Both the position numbers and the translations under genes were made by a program. Below are positions 14,316 through 27,670 of a DNA stretch of 64,000 nucleotides, piece by piece (position 1 is the first letter of the stretch; each line of letters starts with the position of its first letter). This stretch comes from Marsupella aquatica (taxonomy: Eukaryota > Plantae > Marchantiophyta), in the NCBI GenBank assembly GCA_973895155.1, contig OZ316892.1, forward strand, positions 29,394,932 through 29,458,931, written 5' to 3'. A model generated the notes under the pieces. The model was not told the origin of the DNA, made no database searches, and worked only from the letters and a program-made list of their open reading frames with translations.

Positions 14316-15699
14316 ATGCCACGCCCACTCCTCTCTCCAGCCCGAGGCCCTGAACGAATTCCCAACCTTCTAGAGTTTCCCCTCGTGATCAACGACAACT
14401 TGGAGAGCTGCAGAGTGCAAACCCAGAGATGCTCTTTGCCTCCTCTTCACCTCAAATTATCCAGACCTATCACCAAACCATGTGACGATCTTTCCCTCTT
14501 TCTTCTTTCCAGCTCCAACTCTTGCTTTCAGCCCTTCCGTGGGTCGAAATCTCTTGTCACATGTCCCAAAAACCCTCGTCTCACCTCATCCAGTCCACAG
14601 TGTCATGACCCAGTAAAGAATCGACCGCCTCAATCCAACTGTCGATTATTCATCCCAACCTTCTTGACCCATAGCTGTACGTATGTCCCACAGCAGCCCT
14701 GCGTGAGAAGGTTTCCTGCCTTGGGTATCTATCGATCACCAATCGAGCTCCTCGCGTGTTGAGTGATGCGCAGTTCCGATAATGGTGGAGGCAGAACGAG
14801 ACGAGAGAGAAGCTTCGACTCTTGACGTAGTTCTTCTCGCTCACACTTCGATTCACAATCGAGAGAAGGAACGAAATCGAAAAAGCCACTCCTGTTCTTC
14901 AGTTCTCCCATAAACACAAAGCGAAAACCTCGACCATATCTCGCTCTTGGTCCTCCCTGTCTATCTGCCCTGCCCGGCCCTGCCGTGCCCTGCCCGAGCG
15001 GGCAGTAGGAGAACAAATGAGAAACGGGCAGCGAGAGATTTCTCGGGCGACGTGTGACACGTAAGCGGAATGAACGCCTGCCCGGGATCCGCACTTCGTT
15101 ATTAGCTGTCTACAAAAAAACAAACCTTTTTTTTGGGCCCGCAGGGCATGAGAAGTGCCACTGCCCAAGGCAAACTACAGTAGTTACTCCGTATGAAACA
15201 AACAGCGAACGGGCAAAAACAGAGAAAGCAAAGTTTTCTGGGGCAGACCGTCATCCACTTCCTCTGTATGACCGTTTACTCTGTAGTACAGTTCAAACAG
15301 CCCGGGAAAGCGCCAGCTGCCATCCGGCCAATGCGTTTGCGGCAGCGCTGCCCATCCCACTATAACTTACTGACCGACGTCGTGTCCGGAGCGGGGTTCG
15401 AAAGCGACGCTTTACCTCTCGAGTGCGTACCGGGCAGCCCGCAGCAGGCTCGCGAAGAGAGAGACAGAGGGACAGAACAACGGTTTACGGGTTGTCTGGA
15501 GAGGGAAACACTACTTTCCCGGCGCCGTGAGTGGAGGAGGCACGGGCCGGAAAGGACAGGACCGGCGATGTTTGGGTTGGCGCTAGTACAGTTTAGCAAT
15601 TGAGGAAGCCGGAAAGCCACAGACTGTCAATTGGGTCCCAACGATCATTTTTCTCCTTTCACTAAAGACCCAACTTGCATCTGGTAGTACTCTTGAGAT

Positions 15700-16165
15700 C
15701 GGCCCTTAGTAGCACATAGTCCCTTAGCAAATTGGCCCTTAGCATATCTGCCCATTGGGTCAACTCGCATGTGAGTGGCCTTGTGTTTTGCGGCCCTTTG
15801 CCTTTGCAACAGCCTTTGCAACACTTCAGGACAATTGAATCTGTACATTAACAAGTCAATCTTTGTCCTCACTACTTGTCATGTGCACTACAACAAACTT
15901 GTAATGGCAGACTGTTGCAATATGAGTGTGTTAATTTAGGGCATTTGTTTTATGTGGAAGCTTGGGGTTGATTTGCTAAGTTTCTGCTGTAAGGACTGGC
16001 CGGGGAGGAGGTGACGACATTTTTCTCTCATGCACTAATATGCTGCCGCAAGTCAGTTTTAGGGCCGCAAAGGGTAGGGCTGCTTACATGCGAGTTGGCC
16101 CTTAGCAAATCAGCCCTTAGCAAATCAGCCCTTAGCACATTGGCCCTTAGGGCTGACTTGCATGT
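15700..16165. repeat. Short inverted repeat with 15-bp GCCCTTAGCA subrepeats (MITE-like remnant)
   Basis: 15758-15797 (GGTCAACTCGCATGTGAG...TTTGCGGCCCT) is the reverse complement of 16061-16100. GCCCTTAGCA(A/C)AT units cluster at both ends. Confidence 0.5.
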
Positions 16166-16332
16166 GCCATCATCTTCAAAATGCGGCCCTTATGACTCCT
16201 GAATTGTCGGCAAAAAGGTGATCTTCAATCCTCACATAATCTGCTATGTCTGGACGTGTGCCCTGCCCACTCACCCAATGTCCTTCTTTGTGGCTTCCTT
16301 TCCTTCAATGTAAAGGGACAACAATATGAAAA

Positions 16333-16965
16333 TGTTGTCTTATTCATATATCAAAGGTCGGGATGGTGAAGGGCTGGAAACTTTCCGTGCCTTGCCCTTT
16401 GTTAACATAACTGGTGGCAGCCCCTGAGTGAGCGAGACTTTCCCTTGAGTGAGGCAGTCCTGACAGAACTAATCTAGGATCCATCGTTTTGAGGACCATC
16501 CACATGCAAGACGGCCTTACATCATACTATACATGGGTAATTTCCTGTTTGGCATCTTAGTGCCCTTCATGACTTTTCTCTTTATAATTTTGAAGGCATT
16601 TCTGGAGAAGAATGCATAATCAAGATTTGGATAACTCTTTATGAAGAGTCTCCCCTACTTTTATTAAGTTATAAACAAGAAAACCTGGATCTTAGGCTTT
16701 TAAGTGTATTAAGGTCTTGTTCCCAAAGTATCATGGGCAATAATAGCCCTTCAAAACTTGAATTGAAGCTCTTGTTCCAGTACATTATATCTTGCAATGC
16801 ATTGTAAATAGGACTTTACCATATAGATATAACATAGGGCGGATGTCCTGCTTGAAACCCCTTAGTAAGCAGGCTTTACAGCAATGAAAGTGGAGATCCA
16901 AGGGCAAATGCCAAAAAGGTTCCAGCCCTTGCAATCCCAATGTTTGCGAAACAAATAAAACAAAA
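16333..16965. mobile_element. Degenerate TIR element (MITE-like)
   Basis: Imperfect ~65 bp inverted termini (GGGAT..AAGGGCTGGAA.CTTT...TTGCCCTT vs AAGGGCAAA...AAGGTTCCAGCCCTT..ATCCC). No clear TSD. Confidence 0.45.
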
Positions 16966-17801
16966 CTAGAAATTGGAATTCAGATGATGGAGTGGGTAGT
17001 CAGCAGGTTTTAAATTATGTTCTCTAAAGTGTGAGTTGAAATTTAGCAGGACCATCAGTTGTTTGGTGATCCATTGCAAGTCACTTTTTCCTGGCACTTT
17101 AGATGGTTTTTAGGGCCAAACATTTGAGAGGGGCAGTTACATTCAAGACATCTCTCATAGTTGTGTTGCATCTTACTTATAAATCTGCAACTACAAGTTA
17201 GAGTTGGGGCCTAGGCTTCTAGAGTGAAGCCTCTAGACCGTAACTCCATGACTCATCATGTAGAATGATGAGAAAACTGATGTCTATGATGTATGTCATG
17301 TCAAATGATAATCATGACTGTTTTTTGTTATGATTTCTATTTATATTAAAAACTGATCTCTATGGCCCCACCATATTATATGTGCATAAGTGTGATGTAG
17401 GATAGAAAAACTAAGGATGTGCATAGAAAAAAGTACTATGGTATGTTATGTCTGATTATTAAAATGATGATATGTATGATAATTTTTTTATCATTTCATT
17501 AACCTTCAAAATATGTGAATAAGGAATATACTTTGGTGACATTTTTATTGTCCTCCCCGCTATTCACGTTCAAAGAACGGGTAGTCGGGGCTAGTGTAAC
17601 TAACCCTAAACAAACCGGCCCCTGAAAACTCTCTTAATTTGAGGGATAAAGTCTTGAGGGCAAGGTTGCAAAGGTCGGAACTGAAAGGGTTGGAATGTTG
17701 GCGGACCTAAGCCTTAGTTTGCTACTTAAGAAGTTGTCAAGCATGGCAAATGAAGTGTTTGAGACTTCTACTTAGTAGATATGCTGCCAGAACATCCATT
17801 T

Positions 17802-18149
17802 TGTTGAGCATAGACGACAATCACAATGACAAACCCATGAACCATCCAACACAGAAGTATCGACACAGAGAGAGACGTGGTTCACCTCCACATGAGGCTA
17901 CGTCCACGTGAACGCACAGGGGAACACACAAGAGCTTTATTGCACTCTAGGCCGACCGGCCATCCCAAGCATCCACACACACAAGCTCTCCCTATCTCTC
18001 AACTGGCTTCGTAACAATGAGCCTTAGTTCGGACTCCTATCCAAGCAAACACCGCTTGGGTATAGTGTGTGTGCAACATGACTAACCTAACCTAGTATGC
18101 CCTAATTGCGGTACAGTCGTAACTCTAGACCTAAGAATTAATCCTAACA
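17802..18149 (-). mobile_element. Solo LTR, probably Ty1/copia
   Basis: TGTTG...CTAACA termini with a perfect 5-bp TSD CATTT (17797-17801 and 18150-18154). The internal ACGTGGTTCACC...GGCTACGTCCAC motif resembles copia LTRs read on the antisense strand. Confidence 0.8.
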
Positions 18150-18696
18150 CATTTAGGGATGAAATTAAAGTGTGCATACATACTAGGTAGCACTAACAAC
18201 TTCCTTGCACAAAGCTGGCCCTAAAAAATTTTGCCCTTGCCCAGAGAGGCATGGCTAGTGGTCTCTCACTTGACTAGAGACTAATAGGTTTTGGGTTCAA
18301 ATGTTGCAAGTGATTGTTCTCTTTTTGTGGGGTTTCATAGATTTCCCCTTCAAAATTAAGAAACAAACAAACAAAGTTTGGCCTTTGAAGACTTTCCCAA
18401 ATTTGCCTTCAACGCACGATTAGAGGACCAGTTTAGCTTCTCAAAGACCAGGGTTTTAAGGGCCAGATTCGATATTTTGATATTTCTACTACACTTGAGC
18501 AAAGGGATGGGCACTAGGAGTCTGGGTACTGGGAGCCCTTCCTGTGGATATGCACCATTATTCAGTCCGATACTTCCAAGTATACAAGGAATATGGAGAT
18601 GAGGTCATGGAACTAGAGAGAAAACTTTGCCCTCTTCCTTTGGGTTTCTTGTTTGTCCTCTCTGGATCTTTTTGTTATGCAATTATACTTTGCTTA

Positions 18697-19116
18697 GAGC
18701 ATCTCCACCCATTTGGGCACTCCTGGCCCCTATTGCAAACATTTGCCTCGCGTTTATTCAGGTCTGAAGGATATTGGCTTGAGACCCTCCTGCTAATCCC
18801 CACCGGCACCCCGCAATATTTGCACGAAAATGTTTGTTGAGTGCCGGAAACTCTATAAGTGGGAACTCAAGCTTGAGCCAGATTGCGCCCAGTGTACACA
18901 TTCAATCCGTAGATCCTTCAGGGGGTCAAAATGGGGGCACATTCTTTGACCGCCAGCGCGTATGAATCTGGCGGTCAGGGTCTGCAACTTTTCGGTGGGC
19001 CGCCATCAGTTTAGGGGTTGCAAGGTGCCGGTGGGACGTCCTGCCCGCATGTGTGAAATCGCCATATGCCTAAATGGAGGTTACGGGGCTATTTGCTGGC
19101 CCCGGTGGAGATGCTC
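18697..19116. mobile_element. PIF/Harbinger (Tourist-like) MITE
   Basis: Perfect 13-bp TIR GAGCATCTCCACC / GGTGGAGATGCTC with a TTA target-site duplication on both sides. Confidence 0.9.
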
Positions 19117-20779
19117 TTAGCCCTCAACTACCCACCCTATCAACTAATCTCCAACTAAAAGTTATAGTGTTTTGATAGTGCACATTTCCCTCGACTTATA
19201 GAGCCGTAGGGGTCGGCTTGTACAAATTATGACTTCCCTGAAAAACTAACCCCTTTTTTCCACTTTCCTGCCCCCCAAAGAAACCTTAGTACAAAGAGCT
19301 CCTTTGTCTTGAGGTTTTCTTGAGGGCAGGTTTCCATGAGCTCCCAAAGAGGTGCCCCCTTTCTCCAGGAATCTAGGGATCCCTGGTTTTTTCCATTCGT
19401 CTCCTTTCGAGACCTCCCTCAAACGCACCTTTGCTTCCTCCATCTTTCTCCTCTGCTCGAGCTTCTCGAGGATATGGAGGCCATCATGTCCACCGTTTCG
19501 AAGGCATGGTGAACTGCGAGAGAAGCACACGAAACTCCCACTATGGCTGCTCCATCATTCTAAGCTCCAGCGATGACGCACAACGCACAAAGCGGAATTG
19601 GAATTGCACCCAATTGTATCCCAATGGAATGAGTGCAATTCGTACGACGTTCCAACAGTTTCTTGGCGTTCTTGTTTCTCGATTTAGCCTTTTCATTGAT
19701 CTGCTTCCCGTTCTCGTGCGTTTTTCTGGTACTAACTTGCCGTCCTTGCTCTGCGTGCACGGATTTGAAAGCTGCCATGGAAAGATGTAGTCCTTCAATT
19801 CAATCTCCGGTTCTCTGATTTGAAGCTTTGACTGAGGAAGTTTATAGAGAGAATCCTTCAATCCAATCCACTGGTCGTGATTTTAGACTTTGGCTGAGGA
19901 AGTTAGAGATACAGATACACACAAAGGTGCCGCACAATTAAGTGTGTTTGCACTGTTCCGGAGTATGGATTAAAACTTTCGCGTCCTTTACAGATCGGTC
20001 GTGCAAGAATGTGCTTTTCTGTAGAGCCGCCGTATGGAGAAGAGCAAGTTGCGACTTAGTTTGGTTGTTGCTTTGCACCGCCTGGCTTTGTAAGGAAGGT
20101 TAGAACTCGCTGAGCACGCCGTAGGCAGAGATGCTTTTTTACCTTTTCACTGTTCTCGTGATTGTGGCTTTCGTTGCGTGGGCGCACCATTTCGAGGGAA
20201 GAATGCTTCATCGCTCTGCAGCTTTACCCCAACAAAATACTTTGCATCAAGAATAATCGTCTTCCTTTATCTGAGGTCGGAGTGAGAATTCGAAGATCCT
20301 GTCGGCTGCCATTAATTTTACTGTTCGGTGGCGCACTCAGTCGCTACAGAACTCTTCGTGTCTGGACGGCCGGCGGTAAAGACGTGAAACAGAAATGCAA
20401 AACTGTGCGCGGACAATTCGACCAGTATTTTATAATACTGGGACCGAAGAATTGGACCCTGGTGTCGGAATACAAGGCACAGCAGGTGAGGATTCTTCCT
20501 GGAGTGGAAGTTGTAAGACGTAAGACCCTTACTCCTGAGGGGAGGAGTCTTGTCACCTTGCTTCTGGTTCTATTTATGTCTACTGTGGATGGCTTCTTCG
20601 GACATAGAACCCTTCTCACCTGGTTCCTGCAGAGCTGGGCTGAAATGTAACTACCGGACATGCATTAATACGCCAAGAATGAAGCACATTTCACGACTAT
20701 TGAGAATCGAAGGAAAAACCCGGCAAATCCTCTCTTTAGTTCGTCTCAATTGCTCTTAGAAGTTTTCATTATCCAGCCA

Positions 20780-21740
20780 AACGCTCTGGTGGTACCAAAA
20801 AATCAAATGGCTCAGACGTGGAAACGGTGTCGGCTTCTGGGAAAGAGTCACGCAGAAGTGTTTCTCGCTGACCCTGAACAACAAAGTGCAACAAAACATC
20901 CATATTCTTGATGGTAACGCCTCCTGGATTGTACAATATCTGGGCCCTTTCTTCACGAGGAAAGTGACGAAACCAAAGTGAACATGTGCGTTGAGTACAT
21001 GCGTGGAGGAACTCTGCGAAGTCACATCAGTAGGTTGGGACCAACGCCCACAGAACTTCTGGCAAAGGGTCATGCAGCAGTGATTCTCGCTGACACTGAA
21101 CGACAGACTACAACAGCAGAACACAACAAAATATCCATATGTTTGATGCTAACATCTCCTGTATTGTACAATATCTGGGCCCTTCCTTCACGGAGGAAAG
21201 TGGGAAAGTGACGAAACAAAATTGAACATGTTCGTTGAATACGTGCCTGGAGGAACTCTGCCAATCACATCACTAGGCTGGGACCAACGCCCACAGACCC
21301 ACTCATTTATACATTCACAAGAAGCATAATATTAATATAAGCCGTACAAACTACATAGCCATGGCATTGTCCACGGCAACATCAAGTCGGACAAGTTTTC
21401 ACTTGGTCTACATGGAATTCAACCAGCTGATTTTGGTGGAGCTCGGTTGGAATGCAAATGCCCATGAAAGGCACTTGCGCCAGGATGGCCTCTGGGGTAT
21501 TAGCCGAAATGAACCAAGGTCCTCCATCACACCTCTGGTCCGTCAGGAACACAATCTAAAAACGGCAACGGGAATGGATCCCTCGGCCGATCTTCCTCAC
21601 GATAAGCTTTAGGTAATTTTATGCTCCAGTCGAACTCCAGGTATACTACATACATTGTCTTCTGAAGGCCAGCCGTGTTTTAGAAGATGCTTGGTGGGAG
21701 ATCCCTCGAAAGATGGACCCTGGACAAATTTTGGGAGACT
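20780..21740 (+). pseudogene. MAPKKK/MEKK-like Ser/Thr kinase pseudogene
   Basis: Collinear but frameshifted kinase motifs: IVQYLG, LNMFVEYVPGGTL, LHSHGIVHGNIKS, ADFG, DPSAD and RRCLVGDP. An internal ~235 bp tandem duplication is present (~20835-21055 vs ~21055-21295). Confidence 0.7.
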
Positions 21741-22022
21741 CTTTCCTTAACATCAGGGGGCCCAAGCCACTTTTCAGTAAACCTCCAGCTACAAAAATTG
21801 TTACAATACTTAATGCAAGCCTGTCAGATGAAGACGGAGAATCCGTTGATCACCCGTACCGTCTCAGACCGATACCAAGTACTGTGCAACCTGTGACTGA
21901 CTCTGCGCGAGATAAAAGTCTCACACTCCCTGAACCAACTATGGCGTAGTTTGTGTAACCCTAGGGAATCACCCATAAGATGGACCAAATGACTCGTCTC
22001 TGGGTAATTTGTCTGCAAAGAT

Positions 22023-23717
22023 TCACTCTTCTTCAAGATTTATCGAGTCTTTGAACTTGCCATACAGAATGTCTTTCAGATCCGCCATCTGAGCCAGCAC
22101 AGTTTTTTTTTCTTCCAAGAGCAACCTAAGTTCTTCCTCATTCTCTACTTTCAGATCCTCTAGCTTCGTCTCCACTTCCTCTTTGGGCGTGTGGCTGAAC
22201 ACTTCACCAATGAGATACCGCACCTCTTCTTCATCGGACAGAATCAGTTCATTGCCTGCGTCTTCCAGATTTTCTAAAACATCCTGTACCAAGCAAAGAG
22301 TCGAAAGTTCATTCTTATCAGTTTCTTTCCTTTTTTCTTACTCAGCTTCGATGGTTAGACGGACAAGACAACAACTGGAATGAGAATTAGTGAATTTTAT
22401 GATGACTGTGAACGAGGAGGCCTAGGAAACCTCAGGTCCTTCAGACCGAACTCGGAACACAATTGCCGAAATTTATCAATGTAGGAAGCTTAAACTTTCG
22501 CATTTAGCGAAACCTCCTGCTGCTTGAATTGTTTGTTTCCGTGTCTCCGAGGCTGGTTACTGTTACACAACTGAAGTATTTCATGAAGATTAAAAGGGAG
22601 GCCGACGATTTCTGCAATATGCCAGTACTTCCATCTTTCGGGGAACTACATTAGTGCAGTATCCTTCGATTCCAGCTAAGTTAGGATTGAGAATGAGACG
22701 CGCGTTTGCTGACTTTCAACATATCATAGGTGAAAAGTGATTCACGGGTTCATGAAGTTTTTCCTGTTGGAAGCGCGGACAATCTTCCTGTGACCAAGCC
22801 TCTTCCTGTGACCTAGACTCTTCCTGTGACCTAAATTCTGATTGTGGAATTACATGTGTTGAGTTCCACCAAAGGTCAAAATCTGATTCAGCCAATAGTA
22901 TGTTGAGTTCCACAAGATCAAATTTGGTTCAGCCCATACCAAAATTAACAGCGCTTTGATAACCCTTAATTAGTGAACGTTCAAGCCAACCACAGTTAAC
23001 ACCGGATCATAACCCTGTATTCGTGACCCTTCAACTTCTGAGAAACATTCAGAGCTGGCAAAGTTTAAGACGGTTAACCTAGGCGGCTGATATATGGATT
23101 CAATGATCTTCATGACAAACTTAGCCATGCAACTCCCCAGGGCAATCCCCGGTGGATAGAAATCAGCACCGTAAATGCAGGACTTGAAAACGTTCAGCTA
23201 CATTGAACTCACCTTCTTGGCCTTGATATCATCCTCCAGCTCGTGGAACTTGTTGTTCAGACGCCCGAACTTGTTAATATTCTGTTGGTCCTCCCACGTG
23301 ACCTCGGTTTCCTTTCCGTCACCCTGATAGCCGGCCTACACTCAGCCAAGTAGCGGTAATATTCTAACAATCGAAGTTCCGCAATTCATCTTTAAAGTCA
23401 TGACAGGGGTTATCACTGATTAGGGAACTTTTCAGGGTTCCTACTTCAGCAAACATCTTCGGTTCCTTTCCTCCTTCGCATCCTCGGATTATACTAACAC
23501 TACCTCATCTCCGACGTAACTGTGACAAACCGCACGCGTAGCACCTAATAAATATGGTGAAACCAAGGTCCTACTTCAACCTAAATTCAGGCTCCCGGAT
23601 GTGAGCTTACTCAAAATAATTCACAGGATCCGTGAATGCTTTGCAGTTGGATTCTTCAAAGATTACAAAACGAAGAGGAAGGGATCCAGCATCCACCCAT
23701 CAACGAACCTGCTGCAT
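22023..23717 (-). CDS. PFD4: Prefoldin subunit 4
   Basis: Exons 23717-23709 (MQQ), 23323-23213 ([37 protein letters not shown]) and 22283-22023 ([12 protein letters not shown]...[18 protein letters not shown]). GT-AG introns. Confidence 0.95.
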
Positions 23718-24186
23718 CGTTGCGCTACTTGGGAAGCGAAGTGATAGTACTCCGAAGTCGGGGCGAGGGCAACCGGGGCAACGAATATCGGTAGCTGTCT
23801 CTCTGCAGAACGAAACCGATTCACAAACTTTCATTTCATTTCAAATCCTCCCTTCATCTCTGTCTCACAGAACCGATTCGCTTCTATCTCACTCATCATG
23901 CTACCACTAGCGCTTTCATCATAGGAACTATTCCGTTCGCTCTATCTGTTGCTGCCTCTTAAGCAACGACCGAATCAGCATGTATCCATTCGGTCTCTCA
24001 CGGACGGGAATGCGACGACGACCCAATTTCTCGAGCTCAAAAGACATTCACATTTCAAGAGAAAAAGGAGAGAGCATCACACTCACCTTGTCAAAAATGA
24101 TTACCACCACAGCGGAAACGAAGATGCGGGCTGGGAGTTCAGTTCCCGATTTGCTGGCCGAGGTCCTCCGTTTGCGAGCTGGAGAA

Positions 24187-24263
24187 GCACAAAACTGGGA
24201 TTGCGAGAGAACAGAGAACACAAAGCAAAACTGGGATTGCTAGAGAACAGAGAACACAAAGCA
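24187..24263. repeat. Short tandem repeat, ~37 bp x2
   Basis: CAAAACTGGGATTGC.AGAGAACAGAGAACACAAAG occurs twice. Confidence 0.8.
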
Positions 24264-24593
24264 ATGCACTCACCAAGAATTTGGTCAATTAGCAGAACCG
24301 AGAGGTCCCAGGTTCAATCCTCCCTCCCTCCACACATAAGGGGTGTGGAAGGTATATGTGTGTGGGTGAGGTGGAGTGGTGGGAGTATTATTATCTCCAT
24401 AGCCCTGGTTGCCCACTTTGGGTTCTGGTTTAATACTCTCTCCCTCCTAGTCTGGGTTCGTGTCGGATCCCTGGGTATTGTCCCCTTGTGGTTGCCCTAC
24501 ATTGAAATGCATGCTCCGAAGCAGGACGTCTATCCTCTGTTGGATGGGCCTGCTTTCGGTTTTCAAGGCAAAAAAAAAGAATAGTGAACAGGA

Positions 24594-24727
24594 TTGAGAA
24601 CGTCTATGGGTTCTGAGAGGATACGAGAATGTGAAACAAAATTGAGAACGCTTTATGGGTTCGAGTGGATACTAATATTATGGCACAAAATTGAGAAAGT
24701 TTTATGGGTTCGAGTGGGTACGAATGA
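24594..24727. repeat. Tandem repeat, ~48 bp x2.5
   Basis: ATTGAGAA....TATGGGTTCGAGTGGATAC repeats. Confidence 0.7.
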
Positions 24728-26522
24728 TATCCAACACGTTAAGGGTCGTTGGATGATTCTTACTACTCTTCCCTTATCAGGGCTTGCCACATAGGCAGCT
24801 TTATATCTCATTATTTTAAACCATATTTTGCTGTGTATTGTAGGGTTGACGTTGAGCATAGTTCATAGCCGCGGGTGTCAGAAGTAGCATCTGTATACGA
24901 GATTGCACCAAATCGACAAATCCCAACCGTTTATCTAGGATACGACCACTTGACGTATATTTGGACAATACTTCTCCTTGGATTCCCATACTTGTGTCAC
25001 TATGCATTCACGAGGAGTGTAACTAGCTAGACCAGCTGGTTGTCATGTAGGCAGGAATGACACCTGTCATTGAGATGATACAACGTTTGATTCAAGTAAG
25101 TATAACCCAGAACACAAGCCAGTTGTACTGGATGACTTGTCAGCAACTACAAGAGTGGAGGAAGGTGGTCTTAATTCTTGCCTCCATCCAGCTAACTTAG
25201 AGTTCTTCTCCATGTAGCAGCCTACACATCGAGAAGCTCTTGCTTTGGGGGCAATACAAGCTTCCAGGTTGCATGTCGTGCTATAAGTTGTTTTATGAAA
25301 ACTTCCATTGAATATTTCATTTATAATGGGCCTTTCCTTGGTGTCATATTAATGTTTTGCTGAGATATCTTGTCTCAATGTGTTGTTTTTTTTTTAATGG
25401 GTTTTTTAAGGCATGACGGCAAAGCCCACCCTAGGAATTGTGTCTTGCAACCCCATAAGACCTCCCATTAGGAGAAAGCCCAATTTGATAAATGAGGGAT
25501 AAACATCAGCCCTGTGGGCCCACACATGTGATCAAACTTTCTCCCAGACCTACTGTAGATGGGGTTGGTTTGGTTTCCTTTTTTGAAAAGAACTGAAGAA
25601 ACCTTATGGCCTCAAGCAGTGTAGGGTATTTGAGCAAATATAATGGAGCATTAGCCTGAATGCTCAAGTTTTGCTCATAGATGGATGGTGAGTATCATTG
25701 TGTCTTTCACAGTCAGAGTTTAGAGGCTTCACTCTAAATTATAGGCCCTTATCTTAGCTTTTGATATTGCTCTATTGGACAGATGCATCATAGACACTTT
25801 CAACAATGTAAGAATTAGATGAAAAATAAGATTTATATAAACACAATTCCCGGATTGCAAGCCACTTTAGGGTTTATTAGGCTTCGTCATAGGAGCATTC
25901 CCCTTTTCAACAAACGAAGAACCAGCTGTAGAAGTCCCAATTTTTTGTGCTACATATGACAACCATCATTGTCATGCGGTAGTCGCGCCGTTGGTCGCTC
26001 CCACCTGCCACTCCCACATGAGAGCGCCCCTGGCCTCGCTCGAACTCGGAACCGCCCCCGCCCTGCCCCTCTCCGTCCCTCTGTCCGTTCCGCCTGGCCC
26101 GCCCCCATCCCAGTCTTTCGAACGAAGCAGGCTTACTTTATCACTGCTACACGCTCTGGTTCCATCAAGGAGACGGACCTTGGTGGCGGGGGAGGGGCCG
26201 GGACGGGCGAGGGACAAGGGATAGGGGGCGCTGGCGTGCCAAAGAGTGATGATGATTATTAGCGACTGGAGCTACTCGAGCAGCCACAGTTGCGGATCGT
26301 TGCTGCGATCCATCATCATCGCAGCAGAGCTCAGGAAGGGAAAGAGAGGAGCACCGAGAGGAGCGGAGGAGAGGAGAAGGACGAGGGGATGGATGTCGTG
26401 AGGAGGTGGTGTTGAAGGACGTCGCTGTTATTTTGCTTAGTGGAGGGGTGGGGAGATCGATTGGATTCGGGTGGTTGTTTGCTCGCATGCCGGCACGGCG
26501 GAGGATTGCTGTGGGCACGCAA

Positions 26523-26700
26523 CCGCAGGAGAGGTGTCGACTGTCAACATGCCTGTCAAAATGCTGTGCTCGCAACCTTGTTTTCCTCCAATCCAGCGTT
26601 TTAGAGAAAATCCGCAGGAGAGGTGTCACCTGTCAACATGCCTGTCAAAATGCTGTGCTCGCAACCTTGTTTTCCTCCAATCCAGCGTTTTAGAGAAAAT
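26523..26700. repeat. Near-perfect ~89 bp tandem duplication at the 5' end of the CRN pseudogene
   Basis: CCGCAGGAGAGGTGTC..CTGTCAACATGCCTGTCAAAATGCTG...TTTAGAGAAAAT occurs twice. Confidence 0.9.
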
Positions 26701-27670
26701 ATCCAGGCAGTCGACGAGATCCAGGCAGTTAGTCAGGAAATTAGACGAGTGGAAAATGAAATCGAAGAAGTGGTAGACAAAATCAAGGTAACTGAAGCGA
26801 AAGCAACAGAAGCCCGTCGAACGCAATGCTGTGTCCACACGCGATCACAAGTGGGAGGTTGAGAAGCTGTTGAGTAGGGAAGAGGAACAGCTGCGCACGG
26901 AGAAGGAACAGCTGCGCAGGAAGGAGGAAGCTTTGCTCCCAAATCCTCACAAACGCCAGAAATGGAGCAAGTTGGAATATGTGCCAATTGTGGAGTCCTC
27001 TGCGGACTCTATTATTGTTGGAAAAGACACAATTATTCTGCCAAAATGCTTCGTGAGAGCTTCCGGCCTTGGACAGGACATTCAGGTCTTATTTTGTCGT
27101 GGGAGGTATACAGCCCAGGTGGTATACAGCCCAGGTTAACTTTTTGGTTGACCGTGTCATGGGAGGGAACAAAATTGGATACATAGTGGGTCCTTCGGGT
27201 TGCGGTAAGTCGGTTACCTCATTGGCGTTCATATTGACTCGGATTCCATAGAATTGGACAATGACTTGGGTGCATTTGAATCCAGCAGGAGCTGCGTAGT
27301 GCGTAAGGTTTTCTGGTAATTTGAAGACCTTGTGTTGTCTGACTATTCACAGATCTGAAGTTTCTGAGTTGCTAAGTGACTCGGGCGCAAAGCATATTCT
27401 CTTTGTTGATGGCCTGGTCACTGGAGAGGCAGTTGATAGTTTTAGGCTTGACTGCAGTGTGTGGGTCAAGGAGAATCAGGAGCTACGGTGCTTGGTATTT
27501 GTTATTTCCATGAGCTATCATGGCAAGGTGAAAATTCAAGACAATGAGACCAATGGCATCAAAGAGTTTGCTTGTGTCTCATGGACATTTGAAGAATATA
27601 AAATTTCAGTGAAGGAATCAATATAAAGAATCAATATCTTGAACAATGTGAGTAAATTTTTTGATGCCAA
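26700..27670 (+). pseudogene. Crinkler (CRN)-like gene 1, N-terminal coiled coil and P-loop NTPase part, disrupted
   Basis: Coiled-coil header (EIQAVSQEIRRVENEIEEV; EEEQLRTEKEQLRRKEE), Walker A GYIVGPSGCGKS, WVHL, Walker-B-like ILFVDG and VSWTFEEY. Multiple frameshifts and stops; no introns. Confidence 0.7.

Noticed and set aside
23949-24584. 211-aa ORF upstream of PFD4
   Set aside because: Non-ATG start, crosses a tandem repeat and a SINE-like fragment, and has no domain signature.
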